Below, in pieces: positions 40,201-52,583 of a stretch of DNA of 64,000 bases. The DNA comes from Azolla caroliniana (taxonomy: Eukaryota > Plantae > Polypodiophyta). Numbering within the stretch: the first letter of the stretch is position 1; each line of letters opens with the position of its first letter. The DNA lies in contig JBHGNT010000023.1 of assembly GCA_043228905.1 (NCBI GenBank), forward strand, positions 372,001-436,000. The letters run 5' to 3'. A program made the translations under genes and the position numbers. The notes below the pieces were generated by a model. That model did no database searches and was not told the DNA's origin. It worked only from the letters and a program-made list of their open reading frames with translations.

Positions 40201-43200
40201 AGCTAACAACACTAGCTATGATATGGAATTAAAAAATCAAAATTTCGAAACTTGGGTCGAGAGACATGAAGAAATTAGTAAATTAGGGGAGGGTGTTGAC
40301 AAGAGCGCGTGAGTAAATTAAAATGTTCATACCTGGCTCGTGTGATCCCGGCTTTTAGTGTTCAAACATGCAAATCGAAGCTAACAATACTAGTTACGAT
40401 ATGGAATTAAAAAATCAAGATTTTGAAACTCAGGTCGAGAGACATCAAGAAATTAGGAAATTAGGGGAGGGAGTTGAGAAGAGCGCGTGAGTAAATTAAA
40501 ATGTTCATACCTGGCTCGTGTGATCCCGGATTTTTGTGTTCAAAGATACCAATCGAAGCTAACAATACTAGTTATGATATGGAATTAAAAAATCAAGATT
40601 TTGAAACTCAGGTCGAGAGACATGAAGAAATTAGTAAATTAGGGGAGGGAGTTGAGAAGAGCGCGTGAGTAAATTAAAATGTTCATAGCTGGCTCGTGTG
40701 ATATCGGATTTTTGTGTTCAAACATGCGAATCGAAACTAACAACACTTGCTATGATATGGATTTAAAAAATCAAGATTTTGAAACTCAGGTCGAGAGACA
40801 TGAAGAAATTAGTAAATTAGGGGAGGGAGTTGAGAAGAGCGCGTGAGTAAATTAAAATGTTCATAGCTGGCTCGTGTGATATCGGATTTTTGTGTTCAAA
40901 CATTCGAATCGAAGCTAACAACACCAACCATGATATGGAATTAAAAAATCAAGATTTTGAGACTAAGGTCGAGAGACATGAAGAAATTAGTAAATTAGGG
41001 GAGGGAGTTGATAAGAGCGCGTGAGTAAATTAAAATGTTCATACCTGGCTCGTGTGATCCCGGATTTTTGTGTTCAAAGATACCAATCGAAGCTAACAAT
41101 ACTAGTTATGATATGGAATTAAAAAATCAAGATTTTGAAACTCAGGTCGAGAGACATGAAGAAATTAGTAAATTAGGGGAGGGAGTTGAGAAGAGCGCGT
41201 GAGTAAATTAAAATGTTCATAGCTGGCTCGTGTGATATCGGATTTTTGTGTTCAAACATGCGAATCGAAGCTAACAACACTTGCTATGATATGGATTTAA
41301 AAAATCAAGATTTTGAAACTCAGGTCGAGAGACATGAAGAAATTAGTAAATTAGGGGAGGGAGTTGAGAAGAGCGCGTGAGTAAATTAAAATGTTCATAG
41401 CTGGCTCGTGTGATATCGGATTTTTGTGTTCAAACATGCGAATCGAAGCTAACAACACTTGCTATGATATGGAATTAAAAAATCAAGATTTTGAAACTCA
41501 GGTCGAGAGACATGAAGAAATTAGTAAATTAGGGGAGGCAGTTGTGATATCGGATTTTAGTGTTCAAAGATGCCAATCGAACCTAACAACACTAGCTATG
41601 ATATGGAATTAAAAAATCAAGATTTTGAGACTAAGGTCGAGAGACATGAAGAAATTAGTAAATTAGGGGAGGGAGTTGATAAGAGCGCGTGAGTAAATTA
41701 AAATGTTCATACCTGGCTCGTGTGATATCGGATTTTTGTGTTCAGAGATGCGAATCGAAGCTAACAACACTTGGTATGATATGGAATTAAAAAATCAAGA
41801 TTTTGAGACTAAGGTCGAGAGACATCAAGAAATTAGTAAATTAGGGGAGGGAGTTGATAAGAGCGCGTGAGTAAATTAAAATGTTCATACCTGGCTCATG
41901 TGATCCCGGATTTTTGTGTTCAAAGATGCCAATCGAAGCTAACAATACTAGTTACGATATGGAATTAAAAAATCAAGATTTTGAAACTCAGGTCGAGAGA
42001 CATGAAGAAATTAGTAAATTAGGGGAGGGAGTTGAGAAGAGCGCATGAGTAAATTAAAATGTTCATACCTGGCTCTTGTGATATCGGATTTTAGTGTTCA
42101 AAGATGCCAATCGAAGCTAACAACACTAGCTATGATATGGAATTAAAAAATCAAGATTTTGAGACTAAGGTCGAGAGACATGAAGAAATTAGTAAATTAG
42201 GGGAGGGAGTTGATAAGAGCGCGTGAGTAAATTAAAATGTTCATACCTGGCTCGTGTGATCCCGGATTTTTGTGTTCAAAGATGCCAATCGAAGCTAACA
42301 ATACTAGTTATGATATGGAATTAAAAAATCAAGATTTTGAAACTCAGGTCGAGAGACATGAAGAAATTAGTAAATTAGGGAAGGGAGTTGATAAGAGCGC
42401 GTGAGTAAATTAAAATGTTCATACCTGGCTCGTGTGATATCGGATTTTAGTGTTCAAAGATGCCAATCGAAGCTAACAACACTAGCTATGATAGGGAATT
42501 AAAAAATCAAAATTTCGAAACTTGGGTCGAGAGACATTAAGAAATTCGTAAATTAGGGGAGGGAGTTGAGAAAAGCGCGTGAGTAAATTAAAATGTTCAT
42601 AGCTGGCTCGTGTGATATCGGATTTTTGTGTTCAAACATGCGAATCGAAGCTAACAACACTTGCTATGATATGGAATTAAAAAATCAAGATTTTGAAACT
42701 CAGGTCGAGAGACATGAAGAAATTAGTAAAGTAGGGGAGGGAGTTGAGAAGAGCGCGTGAGTAAATTAAAATGTTCATACCTGGCTCGTGTGATATCGGA
42801 TTTTTGTGTTCAGAGATGCGAATCGAAGCTAACAACACTAGCTATGATATGGAATTAAAAAATCAAGATTTTCAAACTTGGGTCGAGAGACATGAAGAAA
42901 TTAGTAAATTAGAGGAGGGTGTTGACGAGAGCGCGTGAGTAAATTAAAATGTTCATAGCTGGCTCGTGTGATATCGGATTTTAGTGTTCAAACATGCGAA
43001 TCGAAGCTAACAACACCAACTATGATATGGAATTAAAAAATCAAGATTTTGAGACTAAGGTCGCGAGACATGAAGAAATTAGTAAATTAGGGGAGGGAGT
43101 TGATAAGAGCGCGTGAGTAAATTAAAATGTTCATACCTGGCTCGTGTGATCCCGGACTTTTGTGTTCAAAGATGCCAATCGAAGCTAACAATACTAGTTA

Positions 43201-43829
43201 TGATATGGAATTAAAAAATCAAGATTTTGAAACTCAAGTCGAGAGACATGAAGAAATTAGTAAATTAGGGGAGGGAGTTGAGAAGAGCGCGTGAGTAAAT
43301 TAAAATGTTCATAGTTGGCTCGTGTGATATCGGATTTTTGTGTTCAGAGATGCGAATCGAAGCTAACAACACTAGCTATGATATGGAATTAAAAAATCAA
43401 GATTTTGAAACTCAGGTCGAGAGACATGAAGAAATTAGTAAATTAGAGGAGGGTGTTGACAAGAGCGCATGAGTAAATTAAAATGTTCATACCTGGCTCT
43501 TGTGATATCGGATTTTAGTGTTCAAAGATGCCAATCGAAGCTAACAACACTAGCTATGATATGGAATTAAAAAATCAAGATTTTGAAACTTGGGTCGAGA
43601 GACATGAAGAAATTAGTAAATTAGAGGAGGGTGTTGACGAGAGCGCGTGAGTAAATTAAAATGTTCATAGCTGGCTCGTGTGATATCGGATTTTTGTGTT
43701 CAAACATGCGAATCGAAGCTAACAACACCAACTATGATATGGAATTAAAAAATCAAGATTTTGAGACTAAGGTCGAGAGACATGAAGAAATTAGTAAATT
43801 AGGGGAGGGAGTTGATAAGAGCGCGTGAG

Positions 43830-46331
43830 TAAATTAAAATGTTCATACCTGGCTCGTGTGATCCCGGATTTTTGTGTTCAAAGATACCAATCGAAGCTAA
43901 CAATACTAGTTATGATATGGAATTAAAAAATCAAGATTTTGAAACTAAGGTCGAGAGACATGAAGAAATTAGTAAATTAGGGGAGGGAGTTGATAAGAGC
44001 GCGTGAGTAAATTAAAATGTTCATACCTGGCTCGTGTGATCCCGGATTTTTGTGTTCAAAGATACCAATCGAAGCTAACAACACTTGCTATGATATGGAA
44101 TTAAAAAATCAAGATTTTGAAACTCAGGTCGAGAGACATGAAGAAATTAGTAAATTAGGGGAGGGAGTTGAGAAGAGCGCGTGAGTAAATTAAAATGTTC
44201 ATAGCTGGCTCGTGTGATATCGGATTTTTGTGTTCAAACATGCGAATCAAAGCTAACAACACTAGCTATGATAAGGAATGAAAAAATCAAGATTTTGAAA
44301 CTCAGGTCGAGAGACATGAAGAAATTAGTAAATTAGAGGAGGGTGTTAACGAGAGCGCGTGAGGAAATTAAAATGTTCATAGCTGGCTCGTGTGATATCG
44401 GATTTTTGTGTTCAGAGATGCGAATCGAAGCTAACAACACTAGCTATGATATGGAATTAAAAAATCAAGATTTTGAAACTCAGGTCGAGAGACATGAAGA
44501 AATTAGTAAATTAGAGGAGGGTGTTGACAAGAGCGCATGAGTAAATTAAAATGTTCATACCTGGCTCTTGTGATATCGGATTTTAGTGTTCAAAGATGCC
44601 AATCGAACCTAACAACACTATCTATGATATGGAATTAAAAAATCAAGATTTTGAGACTAAGGTCGAGAGACATGAAGAAATTAGTAAATTAGGGGAGGGA
44701 GTTGATAAGAGCGCGTGAGTAAATTAAAATGTTCATACCTGGCTCGTGTGATCCCGGAATTTTGTGTTCAAAGATGCCAATCGAAGCTAACAATACTAGT
44801 TATGATATGGAATTAAAAAATCAAGATTTTGAAACTCAGGTCGAGAGACATGAAGAAATTAGTAAATTAGGGGAGGGAGTTGAGAAGAGCGCGTGAGTAA
44901 ATTAAAATGTTCATAGCTGGCTCGTGTGATATCGGATTTTTGTGTTCAAACATGCGAATCGAAGCTAACAACACTTGCTATGATATGGAATTAAAAAATC
45001 AAGATTTTGAAACTCAGGTCGAGAGACATGAAGAAATTAGTAAAGTAGGGGAGGGAGTTGAGAAGAGCGCATGAGTAAATTAAAATGTTCATACCTGGCT
45101 CGTGTGATCCCGGATTTTTGTGTTCAAAGATACCAATCGAAGCTAACAATACTAGTTATGATATGGAATTAAAAAATCAAGATTTTGAAACTAAGGTCGA
45201 GAGACATGAAGAAATTAGTAAATTAGGGGAGGGAGTTGATAAGAGCGCGTGAGTAAATTAAAATGTTCATACCTGGCTCGTGTGATCCCGGATTTTTGTG
45301 TTCAAAGATACCAATCGAAGCTAACAACACTTGCTATGATATGGAATTAAAAAATCAAGATTTTGAAACTCAGGTCGAGAGACATGAAGAAATTAGTAAA
45401 TTAGGGGAGGGAGTTGAGAAGAGCGCGTGAGTAAATTAAAATGTTCATAGCTGGCTCGTGTGATATCGGATTTTTGTGTTCAAACATGCGAATCAAAGCT
45501 AACAACACTAGCTATGATAAGGAATGAAAAAATCAAGATTTTGAAACTCAGGTCGAGAGACATGAAGAAATTAGTAAATTAGAGGAGGGTGTTGACGAGA
45601 GCGCGTGAGGAAATTAAAATGTTCATAGCTGGCTCGTGTGATATCGGATTTTTGTGTTCAGAGATGCGAATCGAAGCTAACAACACTAGCTATGATATGG
45701 AATTAAAAAATCAAGATTTTGAAACTCAGGTCGAGAGACATGAAGAAATTAGTAAATTAGAGGAGGGTGTTGACAAGAGCGCATGAGTAAATTAAAATGT
45801 TCATACCTGGCTCTTGTGATATCGGATTTTAGTGTTCAAAGATGCCAATCGAACCTAACAACACTAGCTATGATATGGAATTAAAAAATCAAGATTTTGA
45901 GACTAAGGTCGAGAGACATGAAGAAATTAGTAAATTAGGGGAGGGAGTTGATAAGAGCGCGTGAGTAAATTAAAATGTTCATACCTGGCTCGTGTGATCC
46001 CGGAATTTTGTGTTCAAAGATGCCAATCGAAGCTAACAATACTAGTTATGATATGGAATTAAAAAATCAAGATTTTGAAACTCAGGTCGAGAGACATGAA
46101 GAAATTAGTAAATTAGGGGAGGGAGTTGAGAAGAGCGCGTGAGTAAATTAAAATGTTCATAGCTGGCTCGTGTGATATCGGATTTTTGTGTTCAAACATG
46201 CGAATCGAAGCTAACAACACTTGCTATGATATGGAATTAAAAAATCAAGATTTTGAAACTCAGGTCGAGAGACATGAAGAAATTAGTAAAGTAGGGGAGG
46301 GAGTTGAGAAGAGCGCATGAGTAAATTAAAA
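43830..46331 (+). repeat. Tandem duplication of a 1246-bp (7-monomer) unit
   Basis: The GTGAGGAAATT monomer (ORF starts 44343/45589), CCCGGAATTTT (44759/46005) and the CGAACCTAAC variant all recur at offset 1246. Confidence 0.85.
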
Positions 46332-46442
46332 TGTTCATACCTGGCTCTTGTGATATCGGATTTTAGTGTTCAAAGATGCCAATCGAAGCTAACAACACTA
46401 GCTATGATATGGAATTAAAAAATCAAAATTTCGAAACTTGGG

Positions 46443-46463
46443 TTTAGGGTTTAGGGTTTAGGG
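46443..46463 (+). repeat. Interstitial telomeric repeat (TTTAGGG)3 replacing 25 bp of a monomer (167-bp monomer)
   Basis: Reads CTTGGG-TTTAGGGTTTAGGGTTTAGGG-GAGGGAG versus normal CTTGGGT-CGAGAGACATGAAGAAATTAGTAAA-TTAGGGGAGGGAG. The net change of -11 bp is confirmed by ORF spacing 45589 to 47358 = 10x178-11. Confidence 0.97.
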
Positions 46464-48745
46464 GAGGGAGTTGAGAAGAGCGCGTGAGTAAATTAAAATG
46501 TTCATAGCTGGCTCGTGTGATATCGGATTTTTGTGTTCAGAGATGCGAATCGAAGCTAACAACACTAGCTATGATATGGAATTAAAAAATCAAGATTTTG
46601 AAACTCAGGTCGAGAGACATGAAGAAATTAGTAAATTAGAGGAGGGTGTTGACAAGAGCGCATGAGTAAATTAAAATGTTCATACCTGGCTCTTGTGATA
46701 TCGGATTTTAGTGTTCAAAGATGCCAATCGAAGCTAACAACACTAGCTATGATATGGAATTAAAAAATCAAGATTTTGAGACTAAGGTCGAGAGACATGA
46801 AGAAATTAGTAAATTAGGGGAGGGAGTTGATAAGAGCGCGTGAGTAAATTAAAATGTTCATACCTGGCTCGTGTGATCCCGGATTTTTGTGTTCAAAGAT
46901 GCCAATCGAAGCTAACAATACTAGTTATGATATGGAATTAAAAAATCAAGATTTTGAAACTCAGGTCGAGAGACATGAAGAAATTAGTAAATTAGGGGAG
47001 GGAGTTGAGAAGAGCGCGTGAGTAAATTAAAATGTTCATAGCTGGCTCGTGTGATATCGGATTTTTGTGTTCAAACATGCGAATCGAAGCTAACAACACT
47101 TTCTATGATATGGAATTAAAAAATCAAGATTTTGAAACTCAGGTCGAGAGACATGAAGAAATTAGTAAATTAGGGGAGGGAGTTGAGAAGAGCGCGTGAG
47201 TAAATTAAAATGTTCATAGCTGGCTCGTGTGATATCGGATTTTTGTGTTCAAACATGCGAATCAAAGCTAACAACACTAGCTATGATAAGGAATGAAAAA
47301 ATAAGGATTTTGAAACTCAGGTCGAGAGACATGAAGAAATTAGTAAATTAGAGGAGGGTGTTGACGAGAGCGCGTGAGGAAATTAAAATGTTCATAGCTG
47401 GCTCGTGTGATATCGGATTTTTGTGTTCAGAGATGCGAATCGAAGCTAACAACACTAGCTATGATATGGAATTAAAAAATCAAGATTTTGAAACTCAGGT
47501 CGAGAGACATGAAGAAATTAGTAAATTAGAGGAGGGTGTTGACTAGAGCGCATGAGTAAATTAAAATGTTCATACCTGGCTCTTGTGATATCGGATTTTA
47601 GTGTTCAAAGATGCCAATCGAAGCTAACAACACTAGCTATGATATGGAATTAAAAAATCAAAATTTCGAAACTTGGGTCGAGAGACATGAAGAAATTAGT
47701 AAATTAGGGGAGGGAGTTGAGAAGAGCGCGTGAGTAAATTAAAATGTTCATAGCTGGCTCGTGTGGTATCGGATTTTTGTGTTCAAACATGCGAATCGAA
47801 GCTAACAACACTTTCTATGATATGGAATTAAAAAATCCAGATTTCGAAACTTGGGTCGAGAGACATGAAGAAATTAGTAAATTAGGGGAGGAAGTTGATA
47901 AGATAGCGTGAGTAAATTAAAATGTTCATACCTGGCTCGTGTGATAACGGATTTTTGTGTTCAGAGATGCGAATCGAAGCTAACAACACTAGCTATGATA
48001 TGGAATTAAAAAATCAAGATTTTGAAACTCAGGTCGAGAGACATGAAGAAATTAGTAAATTAGAGGAGGGTGTTGACAAGAGCGCATGAGTAAATTAAAA
48101 TGTTCATACCTGGCTCTTGTGATATCGGATTTTAGTGTTCAAAGATGCCAATCGAACCTAACAACACTAGCTATGATATGGAATTAAAAAATCAAGATTT
48201 TGAGACTAAGGTCGAGAGACATGAAGAAATTAGTAAATTAGGGGAGGGAGTTGATAAGAGCGCGTGAGTAAATTAAAATGTTCATACCTGGCTCGTGTGA
48301 TCCCGGATTTTTGTGTTCAAAGATGCCAATCGAAGCTAACAATACTAGTTATGATATGGAATTAAAAAATCAAGATTTTGAAACTCAGGTCGAGAGACAT
48401 GAAGAAATTAGTAAATTAGGGGAGGGAGTTGAGAAGAGCGCGTGAGTAAATTAAAATGTTCATAGCTGGCTCGTGTGATATCGGATTTTTGTGTTCAAAC
48501 ATGCGAATCGAAGCTAACAACACTTGCTATGATATGGAATTAAAAAATCAAGATTTTGAAACTCAGGTCGAGAGACATGAAGAAATTAGTAAAGTAGGGG
48601 AGGGAGTTGAGAAGAGCGCATGAGTAAATTAAAATGTTCATACCTGGCTCTTGTGATATCGGATTTTAGTGTTCAAAGATGCCAATCGAAGCTAACAACA
48701 CTAGCTATGATATGGAATTAAAAAATCAAAATTTCGAAACTTGGG

Positions 48746-48766
48746 TTTAGGGTTTAGGGTTTAGGG
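48746..48766 (+). repeat. Second copy of the (TTTAGGG)3 monomer
   Basis: Junctions are identical to 46443-46463; offset 2303 = 13x178-11. Confidence 0.97.
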
Positions 48767-51049
48767 GAGGGAGTTGAGAAGAGCGCGTGAGTAAATTAAA
48801 ATGTTCATAGCTGGCTCGTGTGATATCGGATTTTTGTGTTCAGAGATGCGAATCGAAGCTAACAACACTAGCTATGATATGGAATTAAAAAATCAAGATT
48901 TTGAAACTCAGGTCGAGAGACATGAAGAAATTAGTAAATTAGAGGAGGGTGTTGACAAGAGCGCATGAGTAAATTAAAATGTTCATACCTGGCTCTTGTG
49001 ATATCGGATTTTAGTGTTCAAAGATGCCAATCGAAGCTAACAACACTAGCTATGATATGGAATTAAAAAATCAAGATTTTGAGACTAAGGTCGAGAGACA
49101 TGAAGAAATTAGTAAATTAGGGGAGGGAGTTGATAAGAGCGCGTGAGTAAATTAAAATGTTCATACCTGGCTCGTGTGATCCCGGATTTTTGTGTTCAAA
49201 GATGCCAATCGAAGCTAACAATACTAGTTATGATATGGAATTAAAAAATCAAGATTTTGAAACTCAGGTCGAGAGACATGAAGAAATTAGTAAATTAGGG
49301 GAGGGAGTTGAGAAGAGCGCGTGAGTAAATTAAAATGTTCATAGCTGGCTCGTGTGATATCGGATTTTTGTGTTCAAACATGCGAATCGAAGCTAACAAC
49401 ACTTTCTATGATATGGAATTAAAAAATCAAGATTTTGAAACTCAGGTCGAGAGACATGAAGAAATTAGTAAATTAGGGGAGGGAGTTGAGAAGAGCGCGT
49501 GAGTAAATTAAAATGTTCATAGCTGGCTCGTGTGATATCGGATTTTTGTGTTCAAACATGCGAATCAAAGCTAACAACACTAGCTATGATAAGGAATGAA
49601 AAAATCAAGATTTTGAAACTCAGGTCGAGAGACATGAAGAAATTAGTAAATTAGAGGAGGGTGTTGACGAGAGCGCGTGAGGAAATTAAAATGTTCATAG
49701 CTGGCTCGTGTGATATCGGATTTTTGTGTTCAAACATGCGAATCAAAGCTAACAACACTAGCTATGATATGGAATTAAAAAATCAAGATTTTGAAACTCA
49801 GGTCGAGAGACATGAAGAAATTAGTAAATTAGGGGAGGGAGTTGAGAAGAGCGCGTGAGGAAATTAAAATGTTCATAGCTGGCTCGTGTGATATCGGATT
49901 TTTGTGTTCAGAGATGCGAATCGAAGCTAACAACACTAGCTATGATATGGAATTAAAAAATCAAGATTTTGAAACTCAGGTCGAGAGACATGAAGAAATT
50001 AGTAAATTAGAGGAGGGTGTTGACAAGAGCGCATGAGTAAATTAAAATGTTCATACCTGGCTCTTGTGATATCGGATTTTAGTGTTCAAAGATGCCAATC
50101 GAAGCTAACAACACTAGCTATGATATGGAATTAAAAAATCAAAATTTCGAAACTTGGGTCGAGAGACATGAAGAAATTAGTAAATTAGGGGAGGGAGTTG
50201 AGAAGAGCGCGTGAGTAAATTAAAATGTTCATAGCTGGCTCGTGTGGTATCGGATTTTTGTGTTCAAACATGCGAATCGAAGCTAACAACACTTTCTATG
50301 ATATGGAATTAAAAAATCCAGATTTCGAAACTTGGGTCGAGAGACATGAAGAAATTAGTAAATTAGGGGAGGAAGTTGATAAGATAGCGTGAGTAAATTA
50401 AAATGTTCATACCTGGCTCGTGTGATACCGGATTTTTGTGTTCAAAGATGCGAATCGAAGCTAACAACACTAGCTATGATATGGAATTAAAAAATCAAGA
50501 TTTTGAAACTCAGGTCGAGAGACATGAAGATATTAGGAAATTAGAGGAGGGAGTTGAGAAGAGCGCGTGAGTAAATTAAAATGTTCATAGCTGGCTCGCG
50601 TGATCCCAGATTTTTATGTTCAAAGATGCGAATCGAAGCTAACAACACTACGTATGATATGGAATGAAAAAATCAATATTTTGAAACTTAGGTCGAGAGA
50701 CATGAAGAAATTAGTAAATTAGAGGAGGGTATTGCAAGAGCGCGTGAGTAAATTAAAATGTTCATAGCTGGCTCGTGTGATATCGGATTTTTGTGTTCAG
50801 AGATGCGAATCGAAGCTAACAACACTAGCTATGATATGGAATTAAAAAATCAAGATTTTGAAACTGAGGTCGAGAGACATGAAGAAATTAGTAAATTAGA
50901 GGAGGGTGTTGACAAGAGCGCATGAGTAAATTAAAATGTTCATACCTGGCTCTTGTGATATCGGATTTTAGTGTTCAAAGATGCCAATCGAAGCTAACAA
51001 CACTAGCTATGATATGGAATTAAAAAATCAAGATTTTGAGACTAAGGTC

Positions 51050-52583
51050 GAGAGACATGAAGAAATTAGTAAATTAGGGGAGGGAGTTGATAAGAGCGCG
51101 TGAGTAAATTAAAATGTTCATACCTGGCTCGTGTGATCCCGGATTTTTGTGTTCAACGATGCCAATCGAAGCTAACAATACTAGTTATGATATGGAATTA
51201 AAAAATCAAGATTTTGAAACTCAGGTCGAGAGACATGAAGAAATTAGTAAATTAGGGGAGGGAGTTGAGAAGAGCGCGTGAGTAAATTAAAATGTTCATA
51301 GCTGGATCGTGTGATATCGGATTTTTGTGTTCAGAGATGCGAATCGAAGCTAACAACACTAGCTATGATATGGAATTAAAAAATCAAGATTTTGAAACTC
51401 AGGTCGAGAGACATGAAGAAATTAGTAAAGTAGGGGAGGGAGTTGAGAAGAGCGCATGAGTAAATTAAAATGTTCATACCTGGCTCTTGTGATATCGGAT
51501 TTTAGTGTTCAAAAAAGCTCAAAGAAGCTAACAACACTAGCTATGATATGGAATTAAAAAATCAAAATTTCGAAACTTGGGTCGAGAGACATGAAGAAAT
51601 TAGTAAATTAGGGGAGGGAGTTGAGAAGAGCGCGTGAGTAAATTAAAATGTTCATAGCTGGCTCGTGTGATATCGGATTTCTGTGTTCAAACATGCGAAT
51701 CGAAGCTAACAACACTTTCTATGATATGGAATTAAAAAATCGAGATTTCGAAACTTGGGTCGAGAGACATGAAGAAATTAGTAAATTAGGGGAGGAAGTT
51801 GATAAGAGAGCGTGAGTAAATTAAAATGTTCATACCTGGCTCGTGTGATACCGGATTTTTGTGTTCAAAGATGCGAATCGAAGCTAACAACACTAGCTAT
51901 GATATGGAATTAAAAAATCAAGATTTTGAGACTAAGGTCGAGAGACATGAAGAAATTAGTAAATTAGGGGAGGGAGTTGAGAAGAGCGCGTGAGTAAATT
52001 AAAATGTTCATAGCTGGCTCGTGTGATATCGGATTTTTGTGTTCAAACATGCGAATCGAAGCTAACAACACTTGCTATGATATGGATTTAAAAAATCAAG
52101 ATTTTGAAACTCAGGTCGAGAGACTTGAAGAAATTAGTAAATTAGGGGAGGGAGTTGATAAGAGCGCGTGAGTAAATTAAAATGTTCATACCTGGCTCGT
52201 GTGATCCCGGATTTTTGTGTTCAACGATGCCAATCGAAGCTAACAATACTAGTTATGATATGGAATTAAAAAATCAAGATTTTGAAACTCAGGTCGAGAG
52301 ACATGAAGAAATTAGTAAAGTAGGGAGGGAGTTGAGAAGAGCGCATGAGTAAATTAAAATGTTCATACCTGGCTCTTGTGATATCGGATTTTAGTGTTCA
52401 AAAAAGCTCAAAGAAGCTAACAACACTAGCTATGATATGGAATTAAAAAATCAAAATTTCGAAACTTGGGTCGAGAGACATGAAGAAATTAGTAAATTAG
52501 GGGAGGGAGTTGAGAAGAGCGCGTGAGTAAATTAAAATGTTCATAGCTGGCTCGTGTGATATCGGATTTTTGTGTTCAAACAT
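51050..52583 (+). repeat. Imperfect local duplication, with the AAAAAAGCTCAAAG monomer recurring at 889 bp (5 monomers)
   Basis: AAAAAAGCTCAAAGAAGC occurs at 51511 and 52400. The TTCAACGATGCC variant is also present twice (about 51153 and 52221), one monomer further apart. Confidence 0.7.

Larger units (their letters stand above)
45650..50430 (+). repeat. Tandem duplication of a 2303-bp (13-monomer) unit carrying the telomeric monomer; the second copy has one extra monomer
   Basis: Offset is 2303 at 46443/48746 and 47358/49661, then 2481 (=2303+178) for GTGTGGTATC at 47761/50242. Confidence 0.85.

Noticed and set aside
4487-48766. True telomere or end-to-end chromosome fusion site
   Set aside because: The tracts are only 21-34 bp, with no head-to-head TTTAGGG/CCCTAAA junction, and the satellite continues in the same orientation and phase on both sides.
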